Below are positions 49,401 through 59,900 of a stretch of DNA of 64,000 nucleotides, piece after piece. Position 1 is the stretch's first letter. The number at the start of each line of letters is the position of its first letter. The stretch lies in the IMG/VR virus record IMGVR_UViG_3300025115_000003, positions 1-64,000 of that record. One strand, written 5' to 3'. The notes beneath the pieces were generated by a model that searched no databases, was not told where the DNA came from, and was given only the letters and a program-made list of their open reading frames with translations. Source of the DNA: a virus. The position numbers and the translations under genes were made by a program.

Positions 49401-52400
49401 CTAAGTCATAAGTTTGCCAAAATAAATCATAATCTTTACCCACTTTAGCAAAAGCGGCTTTATCTTCTCTAAGTGCTTTGAAGAATTTGGTAATAGTATC
49501 TAATATGTTTCTCTTTGTAGTTATTTGATTATTTTGAGAAAGTTTAACTGCATCATCAATAGCCATTACTATCTTATTATTAGACATGGAAGTATCTAAA
49601 GTTAAAGTAGTTATTTGACCTTGATCTTTTATATCGGTTAAATCTTTTCGAGTAACTTCTAATTTAGGTAATTGTTCGTTTATAACATCTTTTGCATAAT
49701 CTAAAGATATATTATAATGTTTATTACTTAATAAATCTGCTTTATTTCCTAATTGTTGATATATAGTTACAGATACAGAATTAGGATTATCTAATTCTTC
49801 TTGTGGTATTAAAGCACGAGTGAATTTAAATTGCCACATTTCAATTAAGTTACCTGCTAATCTTAACTCAGCAGGATTAATAGTAGGAGAATCCAAAAGA
49901 TTTGCTACATATGTTAATTGTCTATTAGCAATTTCTTTAATAGATTCTATACTTCTATTTTCAACTAATGCTTGTCTGTCTTTGTACAATTCGTTAATTC
50001 TGTTCCAAATATTAATTTTATGTGCCGTAGGAGTATTTTTAGTTAATCCTGCTCTTAAGGTAGATATTCTATTATTTATAGCTAATCTTAATTTAGTAAT
50101 AACAGGGTCTTCTTCAGTTGGAGTATCTTCTAAACTGTATGAGTCATTGTATAAATCATCATTGCTTTCTAAATGATTTATATATTCAGCTACAACTTTT
50201 TCATCTACTGTAACTTGATTATTTTCAGTTTTAAATACAGGAAAATTAGTATAATATTGATGATTAAATTTTGCTGTATTTTCAGGAGTTATATTATTTG
50301 TATTTAATATAATATTAGCTTTAGAAATTTCTGTAGATATAGGATCAATTATTTTTGATTCTGAATTAGCAAATTCTGTTACTTGATTATGAATGTCTGA
50401 ATCATCAAGAGGTAAATTAAAATTAGAAGGTAATTTTTGAAAAATTAAATCATCTGCTCCAAAGTTATCATACGCTTGTGTAGAATAAGAATTACTTATA
50501 CGTTTAACCTCACTTCTAATTAAACTTCTTGGGTACTTCTTAGCTACTTCTTTAAGTTTAGCTATTTTAATGTTTGTAATAGCTTGGTGTGTATATTCTT
50601 TATTTAACCTATGTTCATTCTTTTGAGATATAATTTCTTCAATTATATAAGGTTCATTTATATCAAAAAAGTCATCGCTTTTAGCTATTTCTAAAGCTTC
50701 TTCCATAGTATCCCCAAAAGAATAAGAAGCATTACCTTGTTTTACAAAATATTCTTTTTGGTTTTCATCAAATAATGTTCTAAGTGCTACTTTATGAATA
50801 CTTTCTTTTAAAGTTTTATCAGTTTGAGTTGGTTGAATGCCATCATATCCTTCTAAAAAATATGAATCTTGGATAGTATAAGAATTTTCATCTCTATTCC
50901 ACTTAGAAGCATGAAGTTTTACAAATGCTTTGGCTTTTTCTAACGTATCCTTGCGCATTTGTTCTACACCATTATATATAACAGAATAAGCCTTCCTTCT
51001 TTTTTCTTTAGATTCTTTAACTTCAGGTTTATTTAACTTACCATATTTTTGATCAAGTATAGAATTAATACTATCAATAATCTTTTTAGTAGAGGAAGGT
51101 ATATCATTATCATATTCTAATCTAAAATTACTACCTGTAAGAGATATACCTAATTCATTATGATGACCTTCTAAATTATCTATAATAGATGCAAGGTTAG
51201 GTTGTACACTATGTATATTATGCATTCCTGGATATTTGGTATAACTAACTCCAAGTAATTCAGATTTTTTATCTTTACTTACTTTTTTAGAAGCATCCCA
51301 TACACTACCACTAAATACATCAGTATCAGCCGCCCATTTAATATCTTCAGATTTAGGATAAATTTTAAATTTAATTTTACCTCCGCCACCTTCCATGTGT
51401 GGAATAATTCTATCAATAGGTTTAGTAAATGCAGATATAGTAAATTCCCCACCAGCTTTTTGATTATCTTCTATGTGTTGCAATAGATTTTGCATCATGA
51501 GATTTACATCAAAATCACTATAAGCTCCTACAACAGATATAAATTCTTGACCTCTACTATAAACTTCTTCTGGATTATATTGAATGTTATTTACTTTTTT
51601 CCATTCTTCTATAATTTCTTTAGATTGTTCATATTCTTTATTTTTTTCTATAAACTCCTTAATAAATACAGTAGTGTTTTTAAAATACCCAGCATAAGAA
51701 TCAACGTATTCTATATTACCTATATTTTTTTTGTGGATATAGTTATCTCCATCCCGTACTACAATTATTGGAGCATTGATGCTATCATATTCGTCTTTAG
51801 ATGAAGGTTCTCTTAATCTATTATCATTTTGATCAACTTGTTTTAAGATATCTAAATTCATATTACTCAAATCAACATCTTCAACACTTTTAGCTAAATT
51901 ACTAATATGTTTACTTGCTTCTGCATAAGTTTTAAATTGTTGATTATCTGGTGTAGTATATACTACTTCATTTCCTGGTAATATAAGTTTAGAATTACTA
52001 TAAGCTAATAAATCAGCAATATCACCTAATGTCATATTATCAGGTAAGTTATCTATCTCTACTTCTTTTTGACCTAAAAGCTGTTTTACAAAAGCTTTCA
52101 TTTCTTTAAGAAGTCTTTTAAGTAAAGATATTAATTTACCATCCTTAACTTTATCTAATCTATTAGCAGTATATAATCCAAGTAATTCTACAATAGCTTC
52201 TTCTTTATTATTTTCTTTATGTTGCTCTAAATAACTATCATATTCTTCTTGTGAATAAAAATCAGGAAATGAAACATTTTCATCTTTACTGTATGTAGAA
52301 CTATTTATATCTTTTGGTAAATATGTTTTATTAATCCTATCTAATACCTCTTTACCTTTACCATATTCAAGTTCTTTGAGTAAGTTTTGGTATAGTTGTA

Positions 52401-53994
52401 TATTTTTACCAATAGATTTTAAATTGTTTATATATTGCTCTGCTTCTTCTTTTGTTTCAAAAAAATTAATATCTCCTAAATTTACATCGCTATAAGATTC
52501 TACATAATATTTAGGATAACCTTGTTTAGTATAGTCTTCTGAATTTTCTTTAATTTCATATTTAAGATTAGTAAAAGGTACTCCATTTTTAATAGTTCTA
52601 ATAATAGGATGCCCTAGTATTTCATGTATAGGAGTATCTAATGTAGCATAAGTTAAATTAATTACAGCAGTATTATTTTCTAATTTACCTTTATATTGTT
52701 TAGTTCTATCAGATTCAAATCTTACAGGAATCCCTATTCTATCAGACATTCTTGCTGCTAAATCTCTGATAGTTTTTTCAGAGGCTACATACTCTTCTTG
52801 TTCTCTACCTTGTGGTAATTGATATTGTGTATTATTTGATTTATTAACAAACTCTTTAAATCCTTGTATATCTTGTTTACTCTCTAATATGTGGATTTGT
52901 TCTGGTTCAAATACACTATATGATTTAGAACCTTTATCCTCTACAAAATTTATATATATATAAGAATCATGATTTTTCCATAAAGCTACTCTTTCAGGAA
53001 TAGATTTATCAGGTAATCCAAACATATCACTTTCTTCTTTTGGTAAATATCCATTTTCATATAACCAATTATCTAAATAGCCAACTGTCTTTATAAGTTC
53101 ATAGGGGTCAGGTTGCTCACCTGCCGAATCTAATTCCCAATCAAAATCTGCATCTGTAATTATAGGTTTTTCTATATTTAAGAGTACAGGGTAAATATTT
53201 TCAGTAGTAGATTTTCTTATTTCTTTAATTGTTTTTAATCTTTCTTTAGCTGCTTTTAATGTACCAAAGTGTATGTTATTATACATTTTCATAAACTTTT
53301 CAAAAGTAGCGTTAGTACCATGATAAACAATATCCTTTACTTTACTATTAGGAAATATAGTATCAAGATATTGAGAATAAAGAATTTGTGCTTGTTGTTT
53401 TTGTTGAGGGGTTATTTGATTAGGTTGAAATGAAGTTCTATTTTTCCATATATATCCACCACTTTCGGATTGATTATATCCCTTTAATTTAGAATTTACA
53501 ATAGGAAGTTCCAATTTATCTGCAACTGCTTGATAAATATATTTAGTCAATCCTTTACCTTGATGCTCTTGAGGAAGTCTTATCATTCCAACAACAACTT
53601 CTCCATTTTTAATAACAACATTCATTTCTCCTAAACCAGCAACTCCATCTTGAGATGTTATAGATTTACCATTATAGGATATTATTATGTTTTGCACTTT
53701 TCCAAAATCCCTATCAGCACTTCTACCCAATTCAATAGAAATTCCGTTATAATCAGATTTAAATCCAACAGCTTCATATACAGCATTAGCTAATTCAGGA
53801 TTAGATTCAAATAGTTCTGTTACTCCTGGTTTAATAAAAGGTTTAATATCTAATTCCTCTAAAGTAGGAAATTTATCAACCCCATTCTCTTTTTGCCAAA
53901 CTCCTATCTTAGCAGCTAATACATAAGGATTAATTCCACTTTCTTCTACCAGTTTAATAAAATCTGGACTATTTTTATTTATACAATTTACCAT
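46438..53994 (-). CDS. Giant virion (ejection/cargo) polyvalent protein, 2518 aa
   Basis: Adjacent to RNAP gene; N-terminal GNAT-like (HQGKGL), ADP-ribosyltransferase-like (VYHGT...HFGT...VFEPEQI) and zincin-like (IHEILGH...EEAIV) modules; helical C-terminus with hydrophobic segments. Confidence 0.75.
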   Translation of the reverse strand: MVNCINKNSPDFIKLVEESGINPYVLAAKIGVWQKENGVDKFPTLEELDIKPFIKPGVTELFESNPELANAVYEAVGFKSDYNGISIELGRSADRDFGKVQNIIISYNGKSITSQDGVAGLGEMNVVIKNGEVVVGMIRLPQEHQGKGLTKYIYQAVADKLELPIVNSKLKGYNQSESGGYIWKNRTSFQPNQITPQQKQQAQILYSQYLDTIFPNSKVKDIVYHGTNATFEKFMKMYNNIHFGTLKAAKERLKTIKEIRKSTTENIYPVLLNIEKPIITDADFDWELDSAGEQPDPYELIKTVGYLDNWLYENGYLPKEESDMFGLPDKSIPERVALWKNHDSYIYINFVEDKGSKSYSVFEPEQIHILESKQDIQGFKEFVNKSNNTQYQLPQGREQEEYVASEKTIRDLAARMSDRIGIPVRFESDRTKQYKGKLENNTAVINLTYATLDTPIHEILGHPIIRTIKNGVPFTNLKYEIKENSEDYTKQGYPKYYVESYSDVNLGDINFFETKEEAEQYINNLKSIGKNIQLYQNLLKELEYGKGKEVLDRINKTYLPKDINSSTYSKDENVSFPDFYSQEEYDSYLEQHKENNKEEAIVELLGLYTANRLDKVKDGKLISLLKRLLKEMKAFVKQLLGQKEVEIDNLPDNMTLGDIADLLAYSNSKLILPGNEVVYTTPDNQQFKTYAEASKHISNLAKSVEDVDLSNMNLDILKQVDQNDNRLREPSSKDEYDSINAPIIVVRDGDNYIHKKNIGNIEYVDSYAGYFKNTTVFIKEFIEKNKEYEQSKEIIEEWKKVNNIQYNPEEVYSRGQEFISVVGAYSDFDVNLMMQNLLQHIEDNQKAGGEFTISAFTKPIDRIIPHMEGGGGKIKFKIYPKSEDIKWAADTDVFSGSVWDASKKVSKDKKSELLGVSYTKYPGMHNIHSVQPNLASIIDNLEGHHNELGISLTGSNFRLEYDNDIPSSTKKIIDSINSILDQKYGKLNKPEVKESKEKRRKAYSVIYNGVEQMRKDTLEKAKAFVKLHASKWNRDENSYTIQDSYFLEGYDGIQPTQTDKTLKESIHKVALRTLFDENQKEYFVKQGNASYSFGDTMEEALEIAKSDDFFDINEPYIIEEIISQKNEHRLNKEYTHQAITNIKIAKLKEVAKKYPRSLIRSEVKRISNSYSTQAYDNFGADDLIFQKLPSNFNLPLDDSDIHNQVTEFANSESKIIDPISTEISKANIILNTNNITPENTAKFNHQYYTNFPVFKTENNQVTVDEKVVAEYINHLESNDDLYNDSYSLEDTPTEEDPVITKLRLAINNRISTLRAGLTKNTPTAHKINIWNRINELYKDRQALVENRSIESIKEIANRQLTYVANLLDSPTINPAELRLAGNLIEMWQFKFTRALIPQEELDNPNSVSVTIYQQLGNKADLLSNKHYNISLDYAKDVINEQLPKLEVTRKDLTDIKDQGQITTLTLDTSMSNNKIVMAIDDAVKLSQNNQITTKRNILDTITKFFKALREDKAAFAKVGKDYDLFWQTYDLVSLKERIEKLESQIKRDKYPYGENKETTLTQIDILKAQMKVKYTGGFIDRFSDKWVTEENQYKMQLNKIRNDIGLSAEQKKDKIAKIVDAHHAKTIVIDLRFLNVSNIKKPDNPDKYKYRNEREYRAYLAKEWGEELADEFIEEAKERYQRYVEEKANVYEQIDLDTTITNKDSAKADWYGENDPIVAINVAFKDSNFREIGNYPNNRWIKRFPRKIEQGTNKDTGYFDSKFETVIKDKTLHTFFTLYKSMMASGMKMLPDQVRADLPYNFLANVHKSLIEELTGATIGQKVELIGNKMLDSFTTKEIAELNATQERKYSSRKLTGELEKNIPLKYISPVPIEDRTMDLEKMLILFMDVAINYDYKNQVRDKVEVLYSVLEKAAEIEENRKSGKPQLNIDGKEIRLEKEGLKTKQWARFTIDAIMYGERVNKGKPSDKKIFGFDSSLKNYENYDEVVAEIEKFMGSTHKDRLKKYQLAREIEMMRDELERRLEDNELFRYEANEDGSVTVYDYEGEVAMEYTDDNSELNISMAESHIKTRSKAVYEQKMKYLSERYKELGGKSLVYQNLGEMLMKLTQLKGMGLNLAAGIANISFGMVSNIVHANGDKEYGNKQLLQALGIMLKSLGQNPTNNKVFNYLSNLDVLFETVDIRYDAESSESRTRPLRNLDPYIIQNKTEYFVQGVSAIATALKQKVYTKQGEMSVWDLFNDQGKIDKSKFTEEDAIKWNDENIKADEKNEFTKLRAKIIQMNKYLHGNYDPSSPLQAKKVLIGRMLFQFRSWIPMGVVSRFYAERYDPQLDRRIKGRWVTYSDLGFSKSIVTLLKQLSYKKNAFDGLSDVDKENMRKNLAEITMAANLLLLTTLLKSSIEEDDDKKNLYDYTAMLLANQIYRAEQDIYFYMSPMTAYNVLKDPVPITKSISDLLFAMHGTIRYITDDEYRGQPPYVKWAKVFPFTNQLPKLNYLGTTSVRQNTIITNVIENVLDEDDE

Positions 53995-56900
53995 TTAATT
54001 ACATTTTAAAAAGGTTTCTTTTTCTGCGGTTGACATTTCATTCCACATAGATTGAGTTATACCAAAATCTGATACAATATTACCATCATCTGTATAAAGA
54101 TTATCTACTGAATTAGGATCAGTATTTAAAAGTACAACATTAAATAATCCATTTTGTACAGGTCTAACTCCAAATTTAAACTTATATTTATTTCCTTGAT
54201 TTAGAATACTTGCCCAATTTACTGCATTTTTATAAGGTATCTTTTTTAACTTACCCTCATTGTTTAAAAGTTTGTATTCTTGATAATAACGATAAGCTAT
54301 TAAAAAAGGAACTGGTCTATATTTATGATTACGTGGTATATTATTTGAAAATAAATTTAATTGATTAGAGTCATCTATATTAAATTCAGAAAATAAATCT
54401 AATTGAGAAGATTGAGTAGAAGAAGATTGAGATTTTGTTACAAATCTATCTTTAAATTGTTGCTCATTGGATATATCTTTTCCTTCAATATTTCTAAAAG
54501 TCCAACCTTTTGGTGCTAAAATAGTTGTAGGAATACCTAATCTCATACCAGCCTTAGCTCCAGCTTCATCAAATCCAGTTTGTCCTCCAGTTCTAATATT
54601 TTCTATTTTATTTTTTAAATCAGGTGATTCTATAACTTCTTTTAATATTTTATAGGTCATTAAATCAATTTCTTCTTGATTCCAGCCTGCATCTTTCATT
54701 GTATAAATTCCATTTCCTGCAATATTTAAAGTTTTAGCATTAACTGAATTTAAAGCATCTACTATTGTTTTAACTTGAGTTTTAAAATTAGCAGTTTCGA
54801 TATTAGAGGTTTCTGTTTTCTTTGGAACATTTAAAGCTATATATTTTTTATTTTGTTCTAATACAGATTTTTTAGTTAATTTTTCTCCTGCGCTATTGAA
54901 ATTATAAGCAAAAGCAATAGTAGCATCTGCAGAAGCATTTTTAACAGTTCTTTCCTTGTATCCTGTACTTTGATCTTCTTGAAAGTCTATATCTTTTGTA
55001 TCTTGTTGATTATTCCAATCATATTTATTAATTAAATAATCTAAAGCTGTAGCGTGAGAAGGTTCTCCTAATTCTTTGTAATATAGAATAGATTTATCTT
55101 TTAATTCTCCTGATTTTAATTTTTCTCTAATCCATTCTGCTCTCGTATCTTGTGAATTAATAACCCAATCAATATATTTTTCAACAGCTTCTTTTATATT
55201 TTCTGTTTTAATTAAACCTTGTGTTTTACCAGCAGGGTCATGTGAGAATGGATTACCAAAATGTTTATTAGAATTTTTAATTCTTGTAGATATAATATGA
55301 ACTATAATACCATAAGCATTTGTAAAGGGGGAAGTTTGATCTTTAAGAGAACTCCAATTTTCAATTCTTACGTTTTTAGATACTGTTTTATTACCTAATT
55401 TAGAATATATTTCTTCAGCTTCTGATTTAGGAGTATTACCTTCTTGTGTATTTTCAAACTTACTTTCTGTATTAACCTTTGGTTCAAGATTAACTAATAT
55501 TAAATCAAAAGCTGCACTAATAGTAGCTTCTAATGCACTATTAGGATTAACTTTAATATTAAATACTGCTAATACTCTTCTTACAATCTCCTTAGCAATT
55601 TCTTTAATTTCATCTAATATGCTACCTTCTTTTCTTATGATATTATTAAGTATTTCACTAAATGTCCCACCTTCTAATGCTTTTGCTACAAATTCAGTAT
55701 TAGATAATAAATTAATATATTGAAATTGAGTAGCTGTAAGTTTAGGTAATATTACATCTTCTCCTTTTTCTATTTTATGAATAGTAGATAAATAATTTTC
55801 AGCAGCTTTTAGATTTCTATCGAAATATCTATCTGATGCTTTTAGCTCACTGATAATCCATTTACGAATATTATCTATTCTTGTGACTAATACATTTTCT
55901 TCAGCAGAATTTAATTTTCTATCTATATCCCAATTAACTAAAGTCTTTCTTAAAATTGCATGGTTAGTTTCATGAAGCAAAGTCATTATTTTATCATCAA
56001 TAGACATTTTACCAGTAGAATGTTTTGCTAAATTTATTTGTATGCCCTTACTATTAAATCTACCTTTAACATTCATATCATTATCAATAGTTATAGGAAC
56101 ATCAATATCTCTTCTTTCGAGAACTCTACTATAGATTGTAGCAAGTTGTCTGTTATGAGCATTAACTCTATTATTAGATTTTACTTTATCCAATGCTGCT
56201 TTCAAAGTAGGTTTTTCTAAAAATAAATTAACAAAAGATTGTTGCTTATTAGGTTTTTCTTCTGTTTCTGTTTTAATAACTTGAGGTTGATTAGCTTTAA
56301 CTCCCATGTTATTTAATCCAATTATAGATAAACTATCTGGACTAATAGCATTAGCTTCAACAAAATTTAAACCATCTATGTTAAAACCACCTAATACAGG
56401 AATCTTTTTGTATTTATAAAAATTACTATCTTTTCCATTTATTACTCCTGCTTGTAATTGATATAAGTGAGTAACAGTGTATTCCTTACTTATATTATTA
56501 GAAGTTATAGTTTCAGTTGAAGTAGTATGAAAAAATAAAGGGGGAATATTAGTTGTACTATAAGTAAAATCAGTAACAGTTCCAAAGCTATCTACAATTT
56601 TAAGCTTAGGATCAATCTTATTTAATTTTATATCAGGAGTTTGATCAGGATTATGTTGAATATAAGCCTTAAATATATGATTTGGGTCTAACTCTGTTGT
56701 TCTTAATACATCAAAAAATCCAATGCTTTCTAAATACTCAAAAGAAATATCATTTCTATAATTAGCATTTACAGGTTGTCCTAAAACAAAAGTATATTTA
56801 ACTATATCTTGAGCAACCTTTCTAACATTAGCATCTTCATCTAACAATAAGTTATTTAAAGAGTTAACTATAGTCCTTCTGTCTAATCCTAATTTAGAAC

Positions 56901-59900
56901 CAAAGTTATGATTAATAGTATCAAAAAATGGATATTGTACAGATTTATTTAATCGTAGCGTATTAAGGAATGCATTATTCTTATACTTTGGGTTTTGTAG
57001 CAGTTCAGTTATCCTATCAACTAAAGACTTATTATTTTTATTATACATAAGTCTTACTCTAAGTCTATTTACAGGTTCATCATATAAATTAGAATTACCT
57101 GAATAAGCATATTGTCTAATAAAAGTAAGAACTTTATTAAACTTATCTTGACTTAAAATATCTGATTCATAGAAAGATTTAAGATTAGCCATAACGCTCT
57201 CTACTACATAAGAATCAAATCCTAATACAGAAGAAGTAGCTCTACCTAATCTAATACTATTAAATATATAGTGACCATATTCAGTATATAAACCATAATC
57301 TTTACCATCTTTTCCTTCTCTTTTTGTATTAAAGAATATAGAATTAATGTTTTTGAAATTAGGATTAATATAATTGTAATCTTGCATAGAAGAAGAAAGC
57401 ATATCTTGATAAATGATACCTGAATAATTCTTTCCTAATCCTTCTTTAGATAAAGTTAATGTTACCTTACGAATTTTATCTAATTCTTCAAAGTAGTTTT
57501 CAATTTTAGCAAAACTATCTAATATAACTAACTGTTGAGTAATATAATTATAATCATCTTTCCATTCTCTATTAGCTTTTAGTTCATCAACGGTAAATGT
57601 AGTTTTCTTTTGTATATCTTCTGGGATAGGAATCTGTTTAAGTAAGTCTACATATCTATCTTTTACAGCAGCTATAGCTAATTGTTTAGCTTTATGATTA
57701 GTCAAACGAGGGCTATCGTTCTTTAACGAAAATGCTTGCCCTACAATATGTTTAATAACTGGTTGATTAATATATGCTAATATTTGAGTAATATTTAATG
57801 CATTATTATCTGAATCTTTTAAAATAGACAATAGAATAGAAGCACCTGCTGTCATTTCATTAATATTAATATACCCCGCAATTGGATTATTTGCATTATC
57901 AATTACAGCATTCATCAACATTACTAAATTATTAGAAGTAGTTCTTTCTTGACCATCATATTCAGATATACCAATATCACTAAGTTTGGATAATTTAAGA
58001 CCCTCAAAGATACGAATATCATCATTTACTATATCGCCATTAGCATTTTCTTTAGTTAATCTAATATCTTCTTTTCCTTCAAATATTGCATATAAGGTAT
58101 TATAATTAGCATATACTGAAATAAGATCTGCTCCAGATTGTTGGCTAATATATGAATCTCTCTGATATATCCAACTATTTATATCTCTATATTTAACAGG
58201 AATATAATCTTTTGCTTCTTCATAAATATCTGCAAAATCAATAGATGTAGTCATTTTATCATATACCTCTGGATTTAATAATACAGATTTATGTATATCT
58301 ATATAATTATTTATAAGTTTATTTCTTTCTGTAAATTTACGATCTCTTATACTAACTAATTCCCATTTTTTAGAAGCTAAACTTTTAATTTGTTCAGTTA
58401 ATCTTTCCGTAAGTTGTGAAAATCTAACTATTTTTCCATCTTTAAGATTACTAATCTGTAATTGTATATTATCTAACTTAATAAATAGTTGATCTAATTC
58501 AGCTTCAATTTGAACTAATTCTTCTTCTGTATTAGGCTTACGATTAGATATGTAATCTATTTCACCTTTTATCTTATTGTATTTAGATAAGATTTTATAA
58601 GTATTAGAATCTTTATTTATTTCAGTAGCAACTAAATCATTTAGTTCTTGAGATGCTTTATCTCTTTGTTCAACGTTTAATTTAATAGAAAGTTCTATCT
58701 TTTCCCATGTATCATTTAATTCTGTTTCATCTTCTTTGACAATGGCTAAACTTCTATCTAAAGGATTATAATAATATTCTTTTAGATATGAATAAAGTTT
58801 ATCAATATCAAAGTCAGAACCCATTTGATATACAATCTCAGAAGGTACTATTACAGTATCCTTAATAGATTTAGGTAAGAAACCTACAATTTCAAAAGGT
58901 AACATATTACCATGATCTTGATTAGGAATCCTAAATCCAATACCTTCTAATAACTCTTTAGGTAATTTATTTATATCAATTGTAACTTTACCATTTTCAT
59001 CAGTAGTCATAAACATACCAATATCTAAATCTTTTCCGTAATTATCTTTGAAATTCCAAGTTACAATTATTTGAGCAGGCTTAACTACTTTACCATCCTT
59101 TTTAACAAAAGACAAACCTTTACTTAAATCTACTCCAGCTACAGGAATAATAGATTCTGTATAATTATTAATATCTGTTTGAATATCTACAGGTTGAAAA
59201 TCTATTCCAGGTATTTGTACCCAAGAATTACCTGGTATCTTATGTTTAACTAATTGCTTATTAATTATACTATAAAGAAGGGATTCTATTCTATGTAATT
59301 CAGAGTTATATATAAAAGGTAATACAAAAGTTTTACTTTCTTGATCTAATTTAAGAGCCTTAATAGATTCAGTTTCCCATTGTCTACTATTAGCCTCTTC
59401 TAATAATATATTTTTTATTTTATTTAAATCTGTAAAGATAAACTCATCAGTAAACTTATCTATAGTTATGCCTAATTTTTCTTGTAAACTTTCGATACCT
59501 AAATCAAATAATCTTTTACGTATCCATTCTTTTTCTAATTCTAATTCTTCTCCAGTATAGGTATTTCCATTGTATTCAAATCCTTCTACTCTTCTTAAAC
59601 CAGAAAATAAACCTCTGTTAACTTGAGTAACAGTTAATATTTTAGTTTTACTATGTGGACTAATTGTGTTTAATCCATCAAATTGTCTATCGTGAATAGA
59701 TATATAATCTGATGCATCAAGGTTATTTAAATTTTCATTAATATTACCTCTTTCATATAAAGGAAATACTGCATTATCTTTTACTTTAACTGCTGAACTA
59801 TAAGACAATCTTTGAATATTATTATCTTTCATAAATTGTCTAATGGCTACTAACTTAGGACTACCTTTTACTACTTGTGGCAATAGTCCAAAATATGAAG

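Noticed and set aside
18-56220. Short opposite-strand or nested ORFs in the track (e.g. 18-251, 1882-2109, 4690-4905, 23337-23693, 34923-35255, 48833-49129, 49820-50176)
   Set aside because: Shadow frames of long, motif-bearing genes.
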